From: a bacterium
GTDB taxonomy: Bacteria; Patescibacteriota; Patescibacteriia; S139-126
Assembly (NCBI GenBank): GCA_030666865.1
Contig: DAOUWZ010000005.1
Coordinates: 1 to 54,360 of the forward strand
Length of the DNA stretch: 54,360 nucleotides
Reading direction: 5' to 3'
Shown here: in pieces, positions 42,366 through 52,834 of the stretch
How positions within the stretch are numbered: the first letter of the stretch is position 1
How the letters are laid out: each line of letters opens with the position of its first letter
Position numbers and translations under genes: made by a program
Notes under the pieces: generated by a model
What the model saw: only the letters and a program-made list of their open reading frames with translations
Told to the model about the DNA's origin: nothing
Database searches by the model: none

Positions 42366-43760
42366 ATGGATAAAGATAGGAGAAAAAAAATTGATAATAA
42401 TAAATCCAAAAAAACATTTTGGGGAATTTTGTGTTTATTAGCTGGAATGTTTATTTTTTTATATCCAAAGAGGAAAAGAATAAAAAAGATAGCCCTAAAT
42501 GAAAAAGATAAGTGTGTGAGTGCTATAGAAAAAGAGTATGGAGTATTAAAACATGGAGTCAAAAAATTTCCCCACAGGGTTTTAATGACATTGAAAGATG
42601 TTTTTGTACCTCATGAGGGCAATAATCATAAACCAAAAGCATTGCATCCAAAGTCGTTGAAAGCATATGTTATTTTGTTAGTTTTGATAAAAATATTTGT
42701 AACAGGTTTTATATTCTTTACATATCCAAATCCAGCTAGGCTTTCAGAAAAGATCGCTAATGAAGTTTTTTCATTAACCAATCAGTCAAGGCAATCAGAG
42801 GGTGTAGATATAGTTACTTGGAATGATTCATTAACTAGAGCGGCTCAGAATAAAGCTCAAGATATGATAAATAATAATTATTTTTCTCATGTAAGTCCAG
42901 ATGGCACTCAGCCGTGGCAATGGATCAATAAAGGAGAATATAGTTATGTTTATATGGGTGAAAATTTAGCGATGGATTTCAGTTCAGCTGAGATAGCGCA
43001 TTCAGCATTTAAAAAATCTCCCACTCATTGGAAAAATATTATGAACAGTAAATACAGTGATATGGGGATTGGCGTTGCTGTTGGGGAAATTGATAACAGA
43101 CAAACGATTGTTTTGGTTGAATTTTTTGGTACTGCTAAGGCGCCGGCTCCACAATTAGTCAAAGCAGCTGAAGCAGCAGAAACTGAAAAGCAAGATATTG
43201 TACCTATTCAGGAAGAACAGCCAAAACAAGAAATTGAAGAGATTCCAGTGGTTAAGGATGTTGTTAAGTCAGAAGAAAATAAGTCAGAATTAGATGATAT
43301 TAAAGAAGATATAATCGAACCGTCTGTTATTGGTGAAATTTATGTTGAAGAGGATGTTGTTGATCAAGTTGCAGAAGATCAAAAAATTATTGCCAATCAA
43401 GATAAAGTGGCAGCTGAATCTGATACAAAGATAGCTTATGAACCAATTGCTCAAAAATTGGTTCCAGAAATAACAGTACCAAAAGTATTTTCTGCTTCCC
43501 AGCAATTAAAAGTGGTACCGATAGAGCAAAGAAATATTAGTAAAGGTATGGTTGATTATGTGATATTGTATGGTAGATATATAATGCTTTTGTTCTTATT
43601 GGTTTTGATGGCTATTTTATTGGTTAATATTTTGATAAAGCCTCATATTCAGCATAGCGGTCTGATATTGCAGACAGTAGCCTTAATAATTGTTGTTTCG
43701 GCTTTTTTATTTGTCAGATTTCATTTTATAGAAGATTTAAGCGCTGTAATCATATATTAA
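42366..43760 (+). CDS. CAP (SCP) domain membrane protein
   Basis: TNQSR, L..AAQ.KA.DM...YFSH, GENLA, SPTH..NI, GIGV. Confidence 0.9.
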   Translation: MDKDRRKKIDNNKSKKTFWGILCLLAGMFIFLYPKRKRIKKIALNEKDKCVSAIEKEYGVLKHGVKKFPHRVLMTLKDVFVPHEGNNHKPKALHPKSLKAYVILLVLIKIFVTGFIFFTYPNPARLSEKIANEVFSLTNQSRQSEGVDIVTWNDSLTRAAQNKAQDMINNNYFSHVSPDGTQPWQWINKGEYSYVYMGENLAMDFSSAEIAHSAFKKSPTHWKNIMNSKYSDMGIGVAVGEIDNRQTIVLVEFFGTAKAPAPQLVKAAEAAETEKQDIVPIQEEQPKQEIEEIPVVKDVVKSEENKSELDDIKEDIIEPSVIGEIYVEEDVVDQVAEDQKIIANQDKVAAESDTKIAYEPIAQKLVPEITVPKVFSASQQLKVVPIEQRNISKGMVDYVILYGRYIMLLFLLVLMAILLVNILIKPHIQHSGLILQTVALIIVVSAFLFVRFHFIEDLSAVIIY

Positions 43761-43768
43761 AATAATAC

Positions 43769-43802
43769 AAAAACAGTCTCGCGAACGCGGGACTGTTTTT
43801 TT
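43769..43802 (+). terminator. Intrinsic terminator
   Basis: AAACAGTCTCGCG-AA-CGCGGGACTGTTT plus T-tract. Confidence 0.7.
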
Positions 43803-43855
43803 GATTTCAAGTATTTAATATGATATAATTTGATCAGTATTATTAAATATTTATT

Positions 43856-44881
43856 ATGTTAGAAGAAAATTTATCATTGGAGTCAAATGCTAAAAAAAAT
43901 ATATTAGTTAGTGGCGGAGCTGGGTTTATTGGCTCTCATTTATGTGATGAATTAGTCAAACAAGGTCATAATGTAGTTTGCATAGATAATTTTGTCAGTG
44001 GTACTAGGTCAAATATAGAATTTTTATTACAAATGCCTAATTTCAAGTTTATCAATCATAATATTGTTGAACCTTTTGACTTGGAAAGCTTGTCGGAATT
44101 ATCTGTTTTCAATATTATTACCAAAGGTATTGACGAAATGTATAATTTGGCTTGTCCAACATCTTATAAAGAATACAAAGAATTGCCATTGGAGACTATT
44201 TTGACTAATTCACATGGATCTAGGAATATGCTTGAAGTTGCGGTGAAATATAAAGCCAAATTTTTACACGCCTCAACATCATCGGTTTATGGAGCGCCTT
44301 TGAAAAATGTGAAATTTTTCAAAGAAGATTATTGGGGGTTTGTAAATCCAATTGGTCCTAGAAGTTGTTACAATGAAGGCAAAAGATTTGCTGAAAGTTT
44401 AGTTGATAATTATAAAGATAAATATAAGCTAAAAACAAAAATTGCTCGCATCTTTCAAACTTATGGTCCGCGAATGAGATTTGATGATGCCAGATTGATT
44501 CCCGATATGATTCGTTCCGCTTTAAAAGGTGACAATTTGATTATTTATGGTGGTGAAGAAAAAAGCACTTCATTCTTATATGTATCTGATTTGGTTGAAG
44601 GTTTATTGAAATTAATGAATTCTGATAATAATGAAGTTTTCAATTTTGGCTATCCACAAGAGATAAAAATAGAAGATGCAGCTAGGATAATTATAAAAAC
44701 AACTGATTCAAAGTCAAAAGTAAAATATGAAGATGAATTGCCATTTATTATGACTCACGGTTTGCCTGACACAAAGAAGGCTAAAGAATTGCTCGGATGG
44801 TTTCCTTTAGTGGGGCTTGAGGATGGTTTAATAAAAACAGTTGAGTATATGAAAGCTCAAAAAGGAGTTTTGAAGTTTTAA
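43856..44881 (+). CDS. UDP-glucuronate decarboxylase-like NAD-dependent epimerase/dehydratase
   Basis: GGAGFIGSH, LACP, STSSVYG, GPRSCYNEGKR, TYGPRM. Confidence 0.88.
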   Translation: MLEENLSLESNAKKNILVSGGAGFIGSHLCDELVKQGHNVVCIDNFVSGTRSNIEFLLQMPNFKFINHNIVEPFDLESLSELSVFNIITKGIDEMYNLACPTSYKEYKELPLETILTNSHGSRNMLEVAVKYKAKFLHASTSSVYGAPLKNVKFFKEDYWGFVNPIGPRSCYNEGKRFAESLVDNYKDKYKLKTKIARIFQTYGPRMRFDDARLIPDMIRSALKGDNLIIYGGEEKSTSFLYVSDLVEGLLKLMNSDNNEVFNFGYPQEIKIEDAARIIIKTTDSKSKVKYEDELPFIMTHGLPDTKKAKELLGWFPLVGLEDGLIKTVEYMKAQKGVLKF

Positions 44882-44909
44882 TAAATCTAATTTTTAAAGA
44901 AGAATAAAG

Positions 44910-46067
44910 ATGGAAAAAAATATTTTTACTTCCGAGTCTGTTACTGAGGGACATCCTGATAAAGTTTGTGACCAAATTTCAGATGCAATTTTAGATGAGC
45001 TATTGAAGCAAGATCCAAATTCACATACTGCTATTGAATGTCTGGCTACAACTGGTTTAGTGGTAGTGGCTGGAGAAATAAGAACTAAGGCATACGTTGA
45101 TATTGCTGGAGTTACTAGAAAAACTATCAATGAGATTGGCTATAATAATTCTAGTTCAGGTTTTAAAGGTGATGATTGCGGGATTTTGATAAGTATTGAT
45201 GAACAATCTCCTGACATTTCTCAAGGCGTTGATAAAGGTAAAGGCAAACACAAAGAGCAAGGAGCAGGAGATCAAGGTTTAATGTTCGGTTATGCTTGTG
45301 ATGAAACACCTGAATTGATGCCATTGCCTATTATGTTAGCTCATAAAATGGCAAAAAGATTGGCTACTGTTAGAAAGAGTAAAACTTTGTCTTATTTAGA
45401 GCCTGATGGAAAAACAGAAGTAGCAGTTGAATATGTGAATGGCAAGCCAACCAGAATTGATACTGTAGTAGTAGCAACGCAACACAATGAAAAAGTAGCA
45501 CAGGCAACTTTGGAAAAAGATATCAAAAAGCAGGTGATTGATTATGTTGGTAAAAAATATATTGATAATAAAACCAGAATATTTATAAATGCTACCGGTA
45601 AATTTATAAAAGGAGGACCTCCAGCTGATGCTGGGCTTACCGGACGAAAAATAATTGTTGATACTTATGGCGGGTATGCTCCGCACGGTGGCGGCGCGTT
45701 CTCTGGAAAAGATCCGTCTAAGGTTGACCGCAGTGCTACTTATATGGCCAGGTATATTGCCAAGAATATAGTGGCAGCAAAACTGGCAAAAAAATGTTTA
45801 GTGCAATTATCATATGTTATTGGAGTTGCTGACCCAGTTAGTGTTATGGTTGATACGTATGGAACTAGCAAGCTCACCAATACTAAGATTGAAAAAATAG
45901 TTAGAAAAGAATTTGAATTGAAGCCGGCAGGTATTATTAAGCAATTAAAATTGAAGAAACCAATTTATCGGAAAACAGCAGCTTATGGGCATTTTGGCAG
46001 AAATGAACAAGGGTTTGCTTGGGAAAAAACAGATAAATTAAATTCATTAAAGAAATATAATAAATAG
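44910..46067 (+). CDS. metK: S-adenosylmethionine synthetase
   Basis: [40 protein letters not shown]. Confidence 0.98.
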   Translation: MEKNIFTSESVTEGHPDKVCDQISDAILDELLKQDPNSHTAIECLATTGLVVVAGEIRTKAYVDIAGVTRKTINEIGYNNSSSGFKGDDCGILISIDEQSPDISQGVDKGKGKHKEQGAGDQGLMFGYACDETPELMPLPIMLAHKMAKRLATVRKSKTLSYLEPDGKTEVAVEYVNGKPTRIDTVVVATQHNEKVAQATLEKDIKKQVIDYVGKKYIDNKTRIFINATGKFIKGGPPADAGLTGRKIIVDTYGGYAPHGGGAFSGKDPSKVDRSATYMARYIAKNIVAAKLAKKCLVQLSYVIGVADPVSVMVDTYGTSKLTNTKIEKIVRKEFELKPAGIIKQLKLKKPIYRKTAAYGHFGRNEQGFAWEKTDKLNSLKKYNK

Positions 46068-46069
46068 TC

Positions 46070-46987
46070 ATGAAAATAATTGTTACTGGAGGAGCAGGAT
46101 TTATTGGTTCCAATTTAGTTGATTTATTGATTGCAGATGGTCATCAGGTTTTAGTAGTGGATAATTTATCTACCGGCAGGCAAGAGTATATCAATGCTCG
46201 GGCTGAATTTAAAGATATTGATATTGTTGATGAGAAATTGCCAGAAATATTCAAAGATTTTAAACCAGAGGCAGTATATCATTTAGCTGCTCAGAAAAAT
46301 GTTCGAGTATCATTAGAAGATCCTTTGTTTGATGCCAGGATAAATATAATGGGTTCTTTAAATGTAATAGAATCAACTCATCAGGCTGGAGGAAATAAAT
46401 TAATATTCGCATCATCAGGCGGTGCTATATATGATGCCAATCAAGCCATGCCTTTGACTGAAAATTCTAAAGCCAAACCTTTATCACCTTATGGTATTAG
46501 TAAATATACTATTGATCAGTATTTAGAGTTTTATTACCATAATTATCAATTGAATTATGTTAGTTTGCGGTTTGCTAATGTTTATGGGCCACGTCAAGAT
46601 CCTTTGGGTGAAGCTGGGGTAGTAGCGATATTTTTTGATAAATTAATAAACGAAGAACAAGCTAAAATTTTTGGTTCAGGCAAGCAAACACGTGATTATG
46701 TTTATGTCGGCGATATAGTTGAATCTCTTAAAGCAACTTTAAACCCATCTGCAAATGGTACTTATAATATTGGTACTGGCAAGGAAGTAGATGTAAATGA
46801 GCTTTATCAGATGCAAACAAATATCGCAGATAAAGCTATTTCGGCAGAACACATTCAGGCAATTGTCGGTGAGTTAATGCGAAATGCTTTAAATAGTGAT
46901 AAAGCTAAGCAGGATCTAGGTTGGCAACCGCAAATAGAGTTAGTTCAAGGTTTAAAATTAACTTATGAATGGTTTAAATCCAAATAA
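46070..46987 (+). CDS. NAD-dependent epimerase (UDP-glucose 4-epimerase-like)
   Basis: TGGAGFIGS, SSGGAIY, YGISK, NVYGPRQ, TRDYV. Confidence 0.9.
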   Translation: MKIIVTGGAGFIGSNLVDLLIADGHQVLVVDNLSTGRQEYINARAEFKDIDIVDEKLPEIFKDFKPEAVYHLAAQKNVRVSLEDPLFDARINIMGSLNVIESTHQAGGNKLIFASSGGAIYDANQAMPLTENSKAKPLSPYGISKYTIDQYLEFYYHNYQLNYVSLRFANVYGPRQDPLGEAGVVAIFFDKLINEEQAKIFGSGKQTRDYVYVGDIVESLKATLNPSANGTYNIGTGKEVDVNELYQMQTNIADKAISAEHIQAIVGELMRNALNSDKAKQDLGWQPQIELVQGLKLTYEWFKSK

Positions 46988-47651
46988 AAAAATATTTATT
47001 ATTATCCCTGCATGGAATGAAAAAGAAAGAATAGTTCAAGTAATAGCTAATTTGAAAAAGCATGGTTATGATAGAATTGTGGTAGTTGATGATAGCTCTT
47101 GTGATAATACTGGAAAGCTCGCGAAAGAGAATGGAGCAATTGTTTTGTCGCATATTATCAATCGCGGTCAGGGAGCAGCTTTGCAAACTGGTAATACATA
47201 TGCAGTAAAAAATGGTGCTGATATTATTGTGCATTTTGATGCTGATGGTCAGATGAGACCTGAAGATATTTCCAAAATGATAGAACCGATTATTAATGGC
47301 AAAGCAGAAATTACCTTAGGATCAAGATTTTTGGGACAAACTAAAAATATACCTTTTACTAAACGTTATATATTATTGCCAGTATCAAGGTTGATTAATT
47401 ATTTGTTTACTGGTCTTTGGCTTAGTGATGTGCATAATGGTTTTCGGGCATTATCAAAAGAAGCTTGCTTGAAAATAAATATCAAGCAAGATGAGTTTTC
47501 CCATGCTACTGAAATTATTGAACAAATAAAAATTAATAATCTTAGATATGAAGAAGTGCCAGTAACAATAATTTACCATGAATATGGTATGAATTTGTTT
47601 GGCGCTTTTCGTATTTTAAAAGAATTATTAATCGGCAAGTTAATTAGATAA
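46965..47651 (+). CDS. Glycosyltransferase family 2 (polyprenol-phosphate glycosyltransferase-like)
   Basis: IPAWNE, VDD.S.D.T, N.GQGAAL, FDADGQ, GSRF. Confidence 0.9.
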   Translation: MNGLNPNKKIFIIIPAWNEKERIVQVIANLKKHGYDRIVVVDDSSCDNTGKLAKENGAIVLSHIINRGQGAALQTGNTYAVKNGADIIVHFDADGQMRPEDISKMIEPIINGKAEITLGSRFLGQTKNIPFTKRYILLPVSRLINYLFTGLWLSDVHNGFRALSKEACLKINIKQDEFSHATEIIEQIKINNLRYEEVPVTIIYHEYGMNLFGAFRILKELLIGKLIR

Positions 47652-47655
47652 TTAT

Positions 47656-48012
47656 ATGGATTTTAATATTTTACAAATAGCACTTTTGATTTTTATTGTT
47701 TTTGTTTTACTTAGAGTATTAAAAAGATTTAGAAATAATGATGTTACATTTAAAGAGTGGCTACTTTGGTCATTATTTTGGCTAGTTGTTCTGGTAGCTA
47801 CATTTCTGCCGCAAAGTACTGATTTTTTAGCCAAAAAAATAGGATTGGAAACTGGTCGTGGTGTAGACTTGGCTGTTTATGCCTCTATACCAATTTTATT
47901 CTATTTGATTTTTAAAGTGATAGCTAAATTGGATAAAATTCAGCAGAATCAAACAAAAATAGTTAGACATTTAGCTATAAAAAATTTTTCAGAAAAAGAA
48001 AAAAAAGAATGA
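47656..48012 (+). CDS. DUF2304-family membrane protein
   Basis: W.LFW...P...D.LA..G..RGVD...IVR.LA; typical partner of the upstream GT2. Confidence 0.8.
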   Translation: MDFNILQIALLIFIVFVLLRVLKRFRNNDVTFKEWLLWSLFWLVVLVATFLPQSTDFLAKKIGLETGRGVDLAVYASIPILFYLIFKVIAKLDKIQQNQTKIVRHLAIKNFSEKEKKE

Positions 48013-49046
48013 AATCAACTGTTATAATAATTTTAACTTATAATAGCAGGGGTGATATTGGCCCTTGTCTTAATTCTGTTTTAAGTCAAAGCTATAAACA
48101 GGATTATGATGTGGTGGTAGTTGATAATAATTCCGACGATGACACAGTAAAATTTGTAAAAGAAAAATATCCAAGTATAAAATTGATTGCCAATAAAAAA
48201 AATACCGGATATGCTGGCGGAAATAATATTGGTTTGAATTATGCTTTGGAAAAAGATTATCAAAATTATATTTTATTGAATCCGGACATGATTGTTGATA
48301 TTGATTGGCTGAAGTATTTGATTGCTGTAGCGGATAGTAGAGAAGATGCTGGCATTATTCAATCTAAAGTTCTATTTTTTCACGAAAAGTTTAGAATTAA
48401 TACTATTGGTAATCCGATTCATTATTTGGCTTTTTCTTGGTCTGGAGGGTATAAAAAATTAAGCAGTGCTTATCAGGAAATTATTGACATTCCTTTGGCA
48501 TCTGGCAGCTGTTTGCTGGTTAAAAAAGAAGTACTAAAACAAATAGGCGTATTGGATGAGAAATTATTTATGTACCATGAAGATGTTGATTTTTCCCTGC
48601 GAGCGAAATTGGCTGGCTACAATATTATTCTCGCGCCTGATTCAAAAGCATTTCATAATTATTCATTTTCTTTTGGCACAAGAAAGTTTTATTTTTGCGA
48701 AAGAAATCGTTTATTTGTATTTTTTTCCTATTATTCATTGTTTAGTATTATTTTGTTTTTTCCATTTTTTTTACTAACAGAAATTCTGATGATAATTTAT
48801 GCATTTTTTACTGGTTGGGGTAAATATAAGCTAAAAGCTTATGTCGGCTTGATTATTTTGGTGCCGCATATTTTGAAAAAGAAATTTGAATTAAGAAAAA
48901 TTCGTCAAATAACTGATAGACAGATGATGGATTTTATGAGTGCTAAATTTGAATTTGATGATGTGAATAATATAGGTATAAAATATATTTATAATCCCGT
49001 CTCAACAGTTTATTTTTTGTTGATGAAAAAGATTATTTTTTGGTAA
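48009..49046 (+). CDS. Glycosyltransferase family 2
   Basis: VVDNNSDD, GYAGGNN, LNPD, FMYHEDVD. Confidence 0.9.
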   Translation: MKSTVIIILTYNSRGDIGPCLNSVLSQSYKQDYDVVVVDNNSDDDTVKFVKEKYPSIKLIANKKNTGYAGGNNIGLNYALEKDYQNYILLNPDMIVDIDWLKYLIAVADSREDAGIIQSKVLFFHEKFRINTIGNPIHYLAFSWSGGYKKLSSAYQEIIDIPLASGSCLLVKKEVLKQIGVLDEKLFMYHEDVDFSLRAKLAGYNIILAPDSKAFHNYSFSFGTRKFYFCERNRLFVFFSYYSLFSIILFFPFFLLTEILMIIYAFFTGWGKYKLKAYVGLIILVPHILKKKFELRKIRQITDRQMMDFMSAKFEFDDVNNIGIKYIYNPVSTVYFLLMKKIIFW

Positions 49047-49049
49047 TCT

Positions 49050-50183
49050 ATGAAGATCGCTCAAATAACCTCAGTTTTTCCGCCTTATAAAGGCGGTATT
49101 GGACAAGTAGCATATCATTATGCGCGTTTATTTTATCAGAAAGGTGAAGATCCAACAGTATATACAGTTGATTATGACGCCCGAGAAAGTTTTGATTTTA
49201 AGGTAAAATATTTAAAAACATTTTTAAAATGGGGGAAAGCAGGGTTTTGCCCGCAATTGTTTTGGGAATTGAAAAAGTTTGATGTGATTGGATTGCATTA
49301 TCCCAGTTTTGGATTGGCGGAAGTTGTTTGGTTATGGAAAAAAATTTTTAAATCAAAAACAAAATTGATAATTTTTTATCACCACGATGTGGTTGGTTCT
49401 AGATTTTTGGGAAAAATATTCCGTTGGCATAAAAAATATCTAATGCCTCGAATTATCAAATCAGCTGACTTGGTCATGGTATCTTCTTTTGATTATGCAA
49501 AAAATTCTTATATTAAAAATATTTATGCCAATGCGCCGGAAAAATTTATTGAATTGCCATTTGGAATAACTCATAATTTTTATCCAGCTGAGAAAAATTT
49601 GGATTTATTGAATAAATACAATATTCCAGCAGATAAAAAAATTATTATGAATTTAGGCGGACTTGATAGAAATCATTATTTTAAGGGAGTGAATAATTTG
49701 ATATCTGCTTGCGCGAAAATAAAAAGTGATGACTGGCACTTGTTATTGGTTGGCAGTGGTGATTTGATTTCAAATTTAAAAGAACAAGCAAAAAATTTAA
49801 ATATCGCCGATAAAATTACATTTGCTGGCAGGGCTCGTGATGAAGAATTGCCTGATTTTTACCGTTTAGCCGAGGTGTTTGTATTACCTAGTATAGATAA
49901 AAGCGAGGCGTTTGGGATTGTTTTGATAGAGGCAATGGCTTGCGGTATTCCAATAATCGCATCAAATTTACATGGGGTTAGAACAGTAGTAGATGAAAAT
50001 AAAACAGGGTTTTTAGTAACACCTGGTGATGTTGATGATTTGCATAATAAAATTGAGAAAATAATTTCAAATCCGGAGTTAAGAGATAAATTTTCTATTC
50101 AAGCGCGAAAACGGGTTGAAGAAAATTATTTTTGGGATGATATTGGTGATCAATTAATAAAAATATATCAAAGTGTAATATAG
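49050..50183 (+). CDS. Glycosyltransferase family 4
   Basis: GGI, KG, FVLPS..SEAFGIVLIEAMACG. Confidence 0.92.
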   Translation: MKIAQITSVFPPYKGGIGQVAYHYARLFYQKGEDPTVYTVDYDARESFDFKVKYLKTFLKWGKAGFCPQLFWELKKFDVIGLHYPSFGLAEVVWLWKKIFKSKTKLIIFYHHDVVGSRFLGKIFRWHKKYLMPRIIKSADLVMVSSFDYAKNSYIKNIYANAPEKFIELPFGITHNFYPAEKNLDLLNKYNIPADKKIIMNLGGLDRNHYFKGVNNLISACAKIKSDDWHLLLVGSGDLISNLKEQAKNLNIADKITFAGRARDEELPDFYRLAEVFVLPSIDKSEAFGIVLIEAMACGIPIIASNLHGVRTVVDENKTGFLVTPGDVDDLHNKIEKIISNPELRDKFSIQARKRVEENYFWDDIGDQLIKIYQSVI

Positions 50184-50291
50184 AATTAAGATTTATGATT
50201 CAAGATTTAAGAGATAAATAGATTAAAATAAATTAAACTTCAAAAATCAAAATTTAAAATTTTATAAAAAGGTGAATAGCGCCACTTTCTA

Positions 50292-50342
50292 TCCCCCTGA
50301 CAAGGGGGAACTCCTGCCTGCCGGCAGGCAGGAAAGGGGGTT
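50292..50342. repeat. Family-B palindrome with a nested family-A palindrome (50313-50332)
   Basis: CCCCCTGACAAGGGGGAACT[CCTGCCTGCCGGCAGGCAGG]AAAGGGGGTT versus uninterrupted 15021-15050. Confidence 0.8.
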
Positions 50343-50446
50343 TTGAATAGAATTTTTAATTATTCTAATTTCCCCGTTCGCAATAGCTTGTTAGGATTAG
50401 GCTTGTGTGGCGAATAGGTAAACAAATCCCAAATTCAAGATATTAA

Positions 50447-52681
50447 ATGAAATTTATAATTGATTATTTAAATAATAAAACACTATTAATAACATTTTGG
50501 ATAAATGCTTTTTTATTGATACTGAATTTTTTATTTTTCAAAATATATTTTTTTGATATTCTTTTTTTCTTGTTATTTTTTGCTTTAATCGGAATATATT
50601 TGGCAAAAATAATTAAAAATATTTTAAAATGGTCAAGCGCTTGGTCGTTAGTTTTTTCATATTTTTCTCTTTTATATTTGTTGAGTTTTATTGTCGCGAT
50701 ATTTATAGATTTCTATAAGATAAATGATTTGTTGTTATTGCTAAGTTTATTAATTCCTGGGTTAATAATATTTGGTATAGCAAATCAAAAGAGATATAAG
50801 CAGGAAAAACTTAATTTTAATTGGCAAAGTAATAATAAAAATAGCGATAGCATATCAATAAATAAATATTTAATAATCATTCTGCCGGCTCTTTTTGCTT
50901 TAGGGGCGTTTTTTCTTTTTATAGCCAGAACAGGGGAGTATATTCTGACACCTTGGGCGAGCATCTCAAAATTGTATGTTTATGTATTTTTATTAATTAC
51001 TTTTATTGTTGCTTTATTTGTTTTTTCTAGGGCCAGAGTAAAAATAATTTTATTATTTATTATTTTGCATTCATTTTTATTGCATGCTTACCTGCCGGTA
51101 GTTTACGAAACTGGTTTTGGTGGAGATAAATGGAGACACCTGGCTTCGGAAAAATATTTACAACAGGAAAAAGTTTATTCGCCTTCACTTTTTGGCGAAC
51201 CCTTGCGAACAGTTGAGATTGGTCCATTGCAAGTTCCTGAAGTTCTGATTGCCGGAAATAAAACATCTTATGGCAATCAATGGGGGATTACTATATTACT
51301 GGCTAGATTTTTACATATTGATATTTTTTGGATTGATTATTTATTTTTGTTTGTTCTTTGGTCGCTTATTTTACCTTTATTATTATTTAAGTTTGGCAAG
51401 CTGATTTATAATAATATTCATTTTCGATTGTTACTCGCGTTTTTGCCTAGTATTTTTTATACTTTTCAAGTATTTGGTTCAATTACCATTCCAGTTGCGA
51501 TAGGCAGTTTATTTTTTTTCTGGGCTTTGTATTTATGGCTGTTGTATTTGCGTGATGATAATAAGCAGGTCAGGAATATTGCTATAATTTTTTCAATTTT
51601 GATGTACCTTGGGTATGTACTTCATTTTATTGTTATTTTTGAAATAGGCTTATTGATACTGGTCATCAAGTTACTAAAACGGCCTGTTTGGCGAAAGACT
51701 GTCGTTTTTGGGCTAATTATACTATTTATTCTATTTATCCCATTTTTAGAGATATTTATGGGTTATGGGAGCTTTAAAACAGGAGTTTTCAGTTTCAATG
51801 GCGCATTAAGTGGATTGGCCAATGCTTTTGGCGCATTAACAGGAATAATAGCTTTTATTCCGCGGCCGACTCATATTGATCAAGGTAATTGGCTTTTCAA
51901 TCAAACCAGATTGACTCAAACCGAAGCATCATTATTTACTTTGCGCCAGTTGCCATTTTTTATAACTTCGTTTATTTGGTTGTTGGTAGTTTTTGGATTT
52001 TACAAAATAAGAAAAATGAAATTTGATAAAGTTGCCAAATTTATTTGCGGCGGCTTAATTGTTTTAATCTGTAATTATATCATCTCTTGGTATTTTATGG
52101 ACGGTAATCACATTTTAGCTAGACGGCTTGATTTGTTGATTGTGTTTTTAATGATGGTGATGGTGGCTTTGGGAATTTATTTTTTTATTGAAAATATTTT
52201 TAATCATTTAACAAAAAAACAAAAAATATATTTAGTAGCTATGGCTATTGCAATTACTGCTACAGCTACTTATACATCAGGGCCGTTTTTAGAAGTAGTT
52301 ACCAAAGATGAAGTGAGAGCGGCCGAATATATCTGGCAGGAAATTGATAAAACAGACGAGAAGTATTGTGTAGTGGCTAACACTTGGCCGTTGTTGGGAT
52401 TGGAAGCAGCATCGTCCAGAGAAATAATTGCCGGTGGATTTCCAGTTTATTTGGAATATGCCCAACCAGAGAGAGTGAAAATATTTGAAGGTATGCTGAA
52501 GAAACCAAACAAAAAAGATTGGTTCAAAGACGCTTTCCGAGTAACTCACGCGAATGAATGCTGGTATATGCTGGAAAAACGCTGGGTGTCAGATAAAATT
52601 TTTGAACAAATTTTGCAAAAAATTGGCAGCCCTGGCATGGAAATAGGCAATGTGATGATTTGGAAGTTTGACAAAAAGTGA
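50447..52681 (+). CDS. Polytopic membrane protein, possible GT-C-fold glycosyltransferase/polymerase
   Basis: Many TMs, GGDKWRH loop, position at the end of a glycan operon. Confidence 0.6.
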   Translation: MKFIIDYLNNKTLLITFWINAFLLILNFLFFKIYFFDILFFLLFFALIGIYLAKIIKNILKWSSAWSLVFSYFSLLYLLSFIVAIFIDFYKINDLLLLLSLLIPGLIIFGIANQKRYKQEKLNFNWQSNNKNSDSISINKYLIIILPALFALGAFFLFIARTGEYILTPWASISKLYVYVFLLITFIVALFVFSRARVKIILLFIILHSFLLHAYLPVVYETGFGGDKWRHLASEKYLQQEKVYSPSLFGEPLRTVEIGPLQVPEVLIAGNKTSYGNQWGITILLARFLHIDIFWIDYLFLFVLWSLILPLLLFKFGKLIYNNIHFRLLLAFLPSIFYTFQVFGSITIPVAIGSLFFFWALYLWLLYLRDDNKQVRNIAIIFSILMYLGYVLHFIVIFEIGLLILVIKLLKRPVWRKTVVFGLIILFILFIPFLEIFMGYGSFKTGVFSFNGALSGLANAFGALTGIIAFIPRPTHIDQGNWLFNQTRLTQTEASLFTLRQLPFFITSFIWLLVVFGFYKIRKMKFDKVAKFICGGLIVLICNYIISWYFMDGNHILARRLDLLIVFLMMVMVALGIYFFIENIFNHLTKKQKIYLVAMAIAITATATYTSGPFLEVVTKDEVRAAEYIWQEIDKTDEKYCVVANTWPLLGLEAASSREIIAGGFPVYLEYAQPERVKIFEGMLKKPNKKDWFKDAFRVTHANECWYMLEKRWVSDKIFEQILQKIGSPGMEIGNVMIWKFDKK

Positions 52682-52764
52682 TATTATTAATCTGATAAAG
52701 GTTTATTTATTATAAGTAAGTTCGCATAACATACAATATTCGTTTTTATCCAAACAAAATATTT

Positions 52765-52783
52765 GTATAAAAACCAATTATGT
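52765..52783 (+). other. attI-like recombination site (AAT/ATT type)
   Basis: GTATAAA-5 bp-ATTATGT; ATTATGTGA is the exact reverse complement of TCACATAAT at 53442-53450. Confidence 0.5.
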
Positions 52784-52834
52784 GAAATAACAAAAAAAAT
52801 TTTCTAATTTATAATTTTGGCAATTTAACTACAT

